Assembly: GCA_017935645.1 (NCBI GenBank)
Contig: JAGBHF010000090.1
Coordinates: 3,387 to 67,386, forward strand
From: Bacteroidaceae bacterium
GTDB lineage: Bacteria; Bacteroidota; Bacteroidia; Bacteroidales; Barnesiellaceae_A
Length of the DNA: 64,000 bases
Direction: 5' to 3'
Part shown: positions 62,629 to 64,000 of the stretch, in pieces
Layout of the letters: every line of letters begins with the position of its first letter
How positions within the stretch are numbered: the first letter of the stretch is position 1
Position numbers and translations under genes: made by a program
Notes under the pieces: generated by a model
What the model saw: only the letters and a program-made list of their open reading frames with translations
Told to the model about the DNA's origin: nothing
The model's database searches: none

Positions 62629-63987
62629 ATGATGCCTGACAAAGATACCCCCAAACGCATGAGCTGGGAAAAGCTCATTACCGCCAAGCGATTTGGCATG
62701 GAAGAGTTTCACGATGAACGAATACACACACGCACCGATTTTCAGCGCGACTACGACCGTCTGATATTCTCGGCACCGTTCCGTCGTTTGCAAAACAAGA
62801 CGCAGGTGTTTCCGTTACCGGGCAGTATCTTCGTACACAACCGACTCACACACAGCCTTGAGGTATCGTGTGTAGGTCGTTCATTGGGCACAAATGTGGC
62901 AGTAGCACTTGCATCGAAATATGCCGGCACGCCAGCCGAAGAGAAACTTCCGCACATGGGTTCAATCGTTGCTGCAGCCTGCTTGGCTCACGATTTGGGC
63001 AATCCTCCATTTGGTCATTCGGGCGAACGCGCTATCGCCACCTACTTCTCAGAGGGAAAAGGTCTTGCATTAAAGGATATGCTCAGCGACTGGGAGTGGA
63101 ACGACTTTACCCACTTTGAGGGCAATGCCAACGCATTCCGACTGCTCACTCATCAATTTACGGGTCGTCGCAAAGGCGGTTTTGCACTCACATACTCTAC
63201 TTTGGCATCTATCGTCAAGTATCCCTATGCCTCAACACTTTCGACCAAGAAAGGCAAGTCGGGCTTCTTCTGCTCAGAGAGTGACGATTTCCGCCGAGTA
63301 GCCACCGACTTGGGCATGCTGCCCGACGGTGATAGTGGATTGCGCTTTCATCGACACCCATTGGTATATCTTGTTGAAGCCGCCGACGACATCTGTTATC
63401 AAATCATGGATATAGAGGATGCTCACAAGCTAAAATTGCTCACAACCAACCAGACCAAGGAGTTGTTAATGGAATTCTTCGAGCCCGAGAAGTTGCCACA
63501 TATTCATGAAGTGCTGAAAATTGCCGATGACCGCAATGAGCAGATAGCCTACTTGCGCTCACGTGTTATAGGACTGCTTATCGATGAATGTTCGCAACTC
63601 TTTGTCGACCATGAGGAGGAACTCCTTAGCGGAAAATTTGAAGGTTGCCTCATCGACCGCATATCCGAAACACCTCGCAAAGCATACGCACACTGCTCGG
63701 AGGTTGCTTGGGCCAAGATATACCGCAGTAGCGATGTACTCGACATCGAGTTGGCCGGTAATCGCATCATAACCGAATTACTCGACAAACTTATCGATGC
63801 GGTACTCTACCCCGATAAAAACTACTCACAACTCATTCTTAATAAAGTTCCTCAACAGTACGAGACCCGCGCCGAGAGTCTTTATGGCAAGTTACAGGCC
63901 GCTGTTGACTATATATCGGGCATGACCGACGTATATGCCCTCGACCTATATCGTAAAATCAATGGCATGAGTCTGCCGGCAGTATAA
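62629..63987 (+). CDS. dgt: dGTPase-family HD-domain deoxynucleoside triphosphate triphosphohydrolase
   Basis: RTDFQRDYDRLIFSAPFRRLQNKTQVF, HNRLTHSLEV, and HDLGNPPFGH motifs. 452 aa. Confidence 0.9.
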   Translation: MMPDKDTPKRMSWEKLITAKRFGMEEFHDERIHTRTDFQRDYDRLIFSAPFRRLQNKTQVFPLPGSIFVHNRLTHSLEVSCVGRSLGTNVAVALASKYAGTPAEEKLPHMGSIVAAACLAHDLGNPPFGHSGERAIATYFSEGKGLALKDMLSDWEWNDFTHFEGNANAFRLLTHQFTGRRKGGFALTYSTLASIVKYPYASTLSTKKGKSGFFCSESDDFRRVATDLGMLPDGDSGLRFHRHPLVYLVEAADDICYQIMDIEDAHKLKLLTTNQTKELLMEFFEPEKLPHIHEVLKIADDRNEQIAYLRSRVIGLLIDECSQLFVDHEEELLSGKFEGCLIDRISETPRKAYAHCSEVAWAKIYRSSDVLDIELAGNRIITELLDKLIDAVLYPDKNYSQLILNKVPQQYETRAESLYGKLQAAVDYISGMTDVYALDLYRKINGMSLPAV

Positions 63988-64000
63988 AACAAAATAATTA

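Overview
This 64-kb window looks like Bacteroidales (Bacteroidota) chromosome. The evidence is T9SS C-terminal sorting domains, many lipoprotein signal peptides, exact TAnnTTTG -7 promoter boxes in front of most transcription units, a DUF2723/GT117-like giant membrane protein, and the dut-TPR-DUF4292-M23 gene order. Most of it is housekeeping: pckA, gadB, argS, cysS, dut, queG, ddl, a Mur ligase, dcp, dgt, S41/U32/M3/M23 peptidases, two rhomboids, two TlpA-like thioredoxins, two identical tRNA-Asn(GTT), one tRNA-Leu(CAA), and a small glycosyltransferase/flippase locus. I saw no CRISPR array, integrase, transposase or rRNA. One real gene is absent from the ORF track because it has no stop inside the window: an exported TPR protein on the minus strand, 1..1538. 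The best candidate for an undescribed system is the operon at 43.48-48.79 kb. It encodes an output-less CHASE2 membrane sensor, joined by an ATGA overlap to a 1072-aa exported protein (signal peptide, CarboxypepD_reg-like domain, about 15 Sel1-like repeats, beta-rich linker, caspase-fold C14 domain with intact His/Cys dyad). This is followed 8 nt later by an exported DUF4384-like protein. All three products are predicted to be extracytoplasmic. Other accessory features: (1) an AT-rich islet at 11.5-14.5 kb with a HigA-like/AbiEii-like toxin-antitoxin pair and a Calx-beta lipoprotein; (2) an unnamed ~140-aa domain (motifs KVWIQPICxFGGL, NPVYAT, MPLGQ, NEWWYQAI) shared by that lipoprotein and, in two copies, by a secreted protein 23 kb away; (3) both of those islets are bracketed by GGAGG(T)TGTG-type hairpins; (4) a T9SS cargo protein built of three ~210-aa repeats with palindromes and a C7 tract upstream; (5) a 630-bp repeat-rich, highly structured convergent intergenic region at 23.43-24.06 kb; (6) a membrane-anchored Mur-ligase/long Ddl/alpha-beta-hydrolase operon; (7) four promoters with TAnnTTTG-N4-ATG geometry, implying leaderless mRNAs. 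All calls rest on reading the sequence and on motif recognition from memory. No database search was run.
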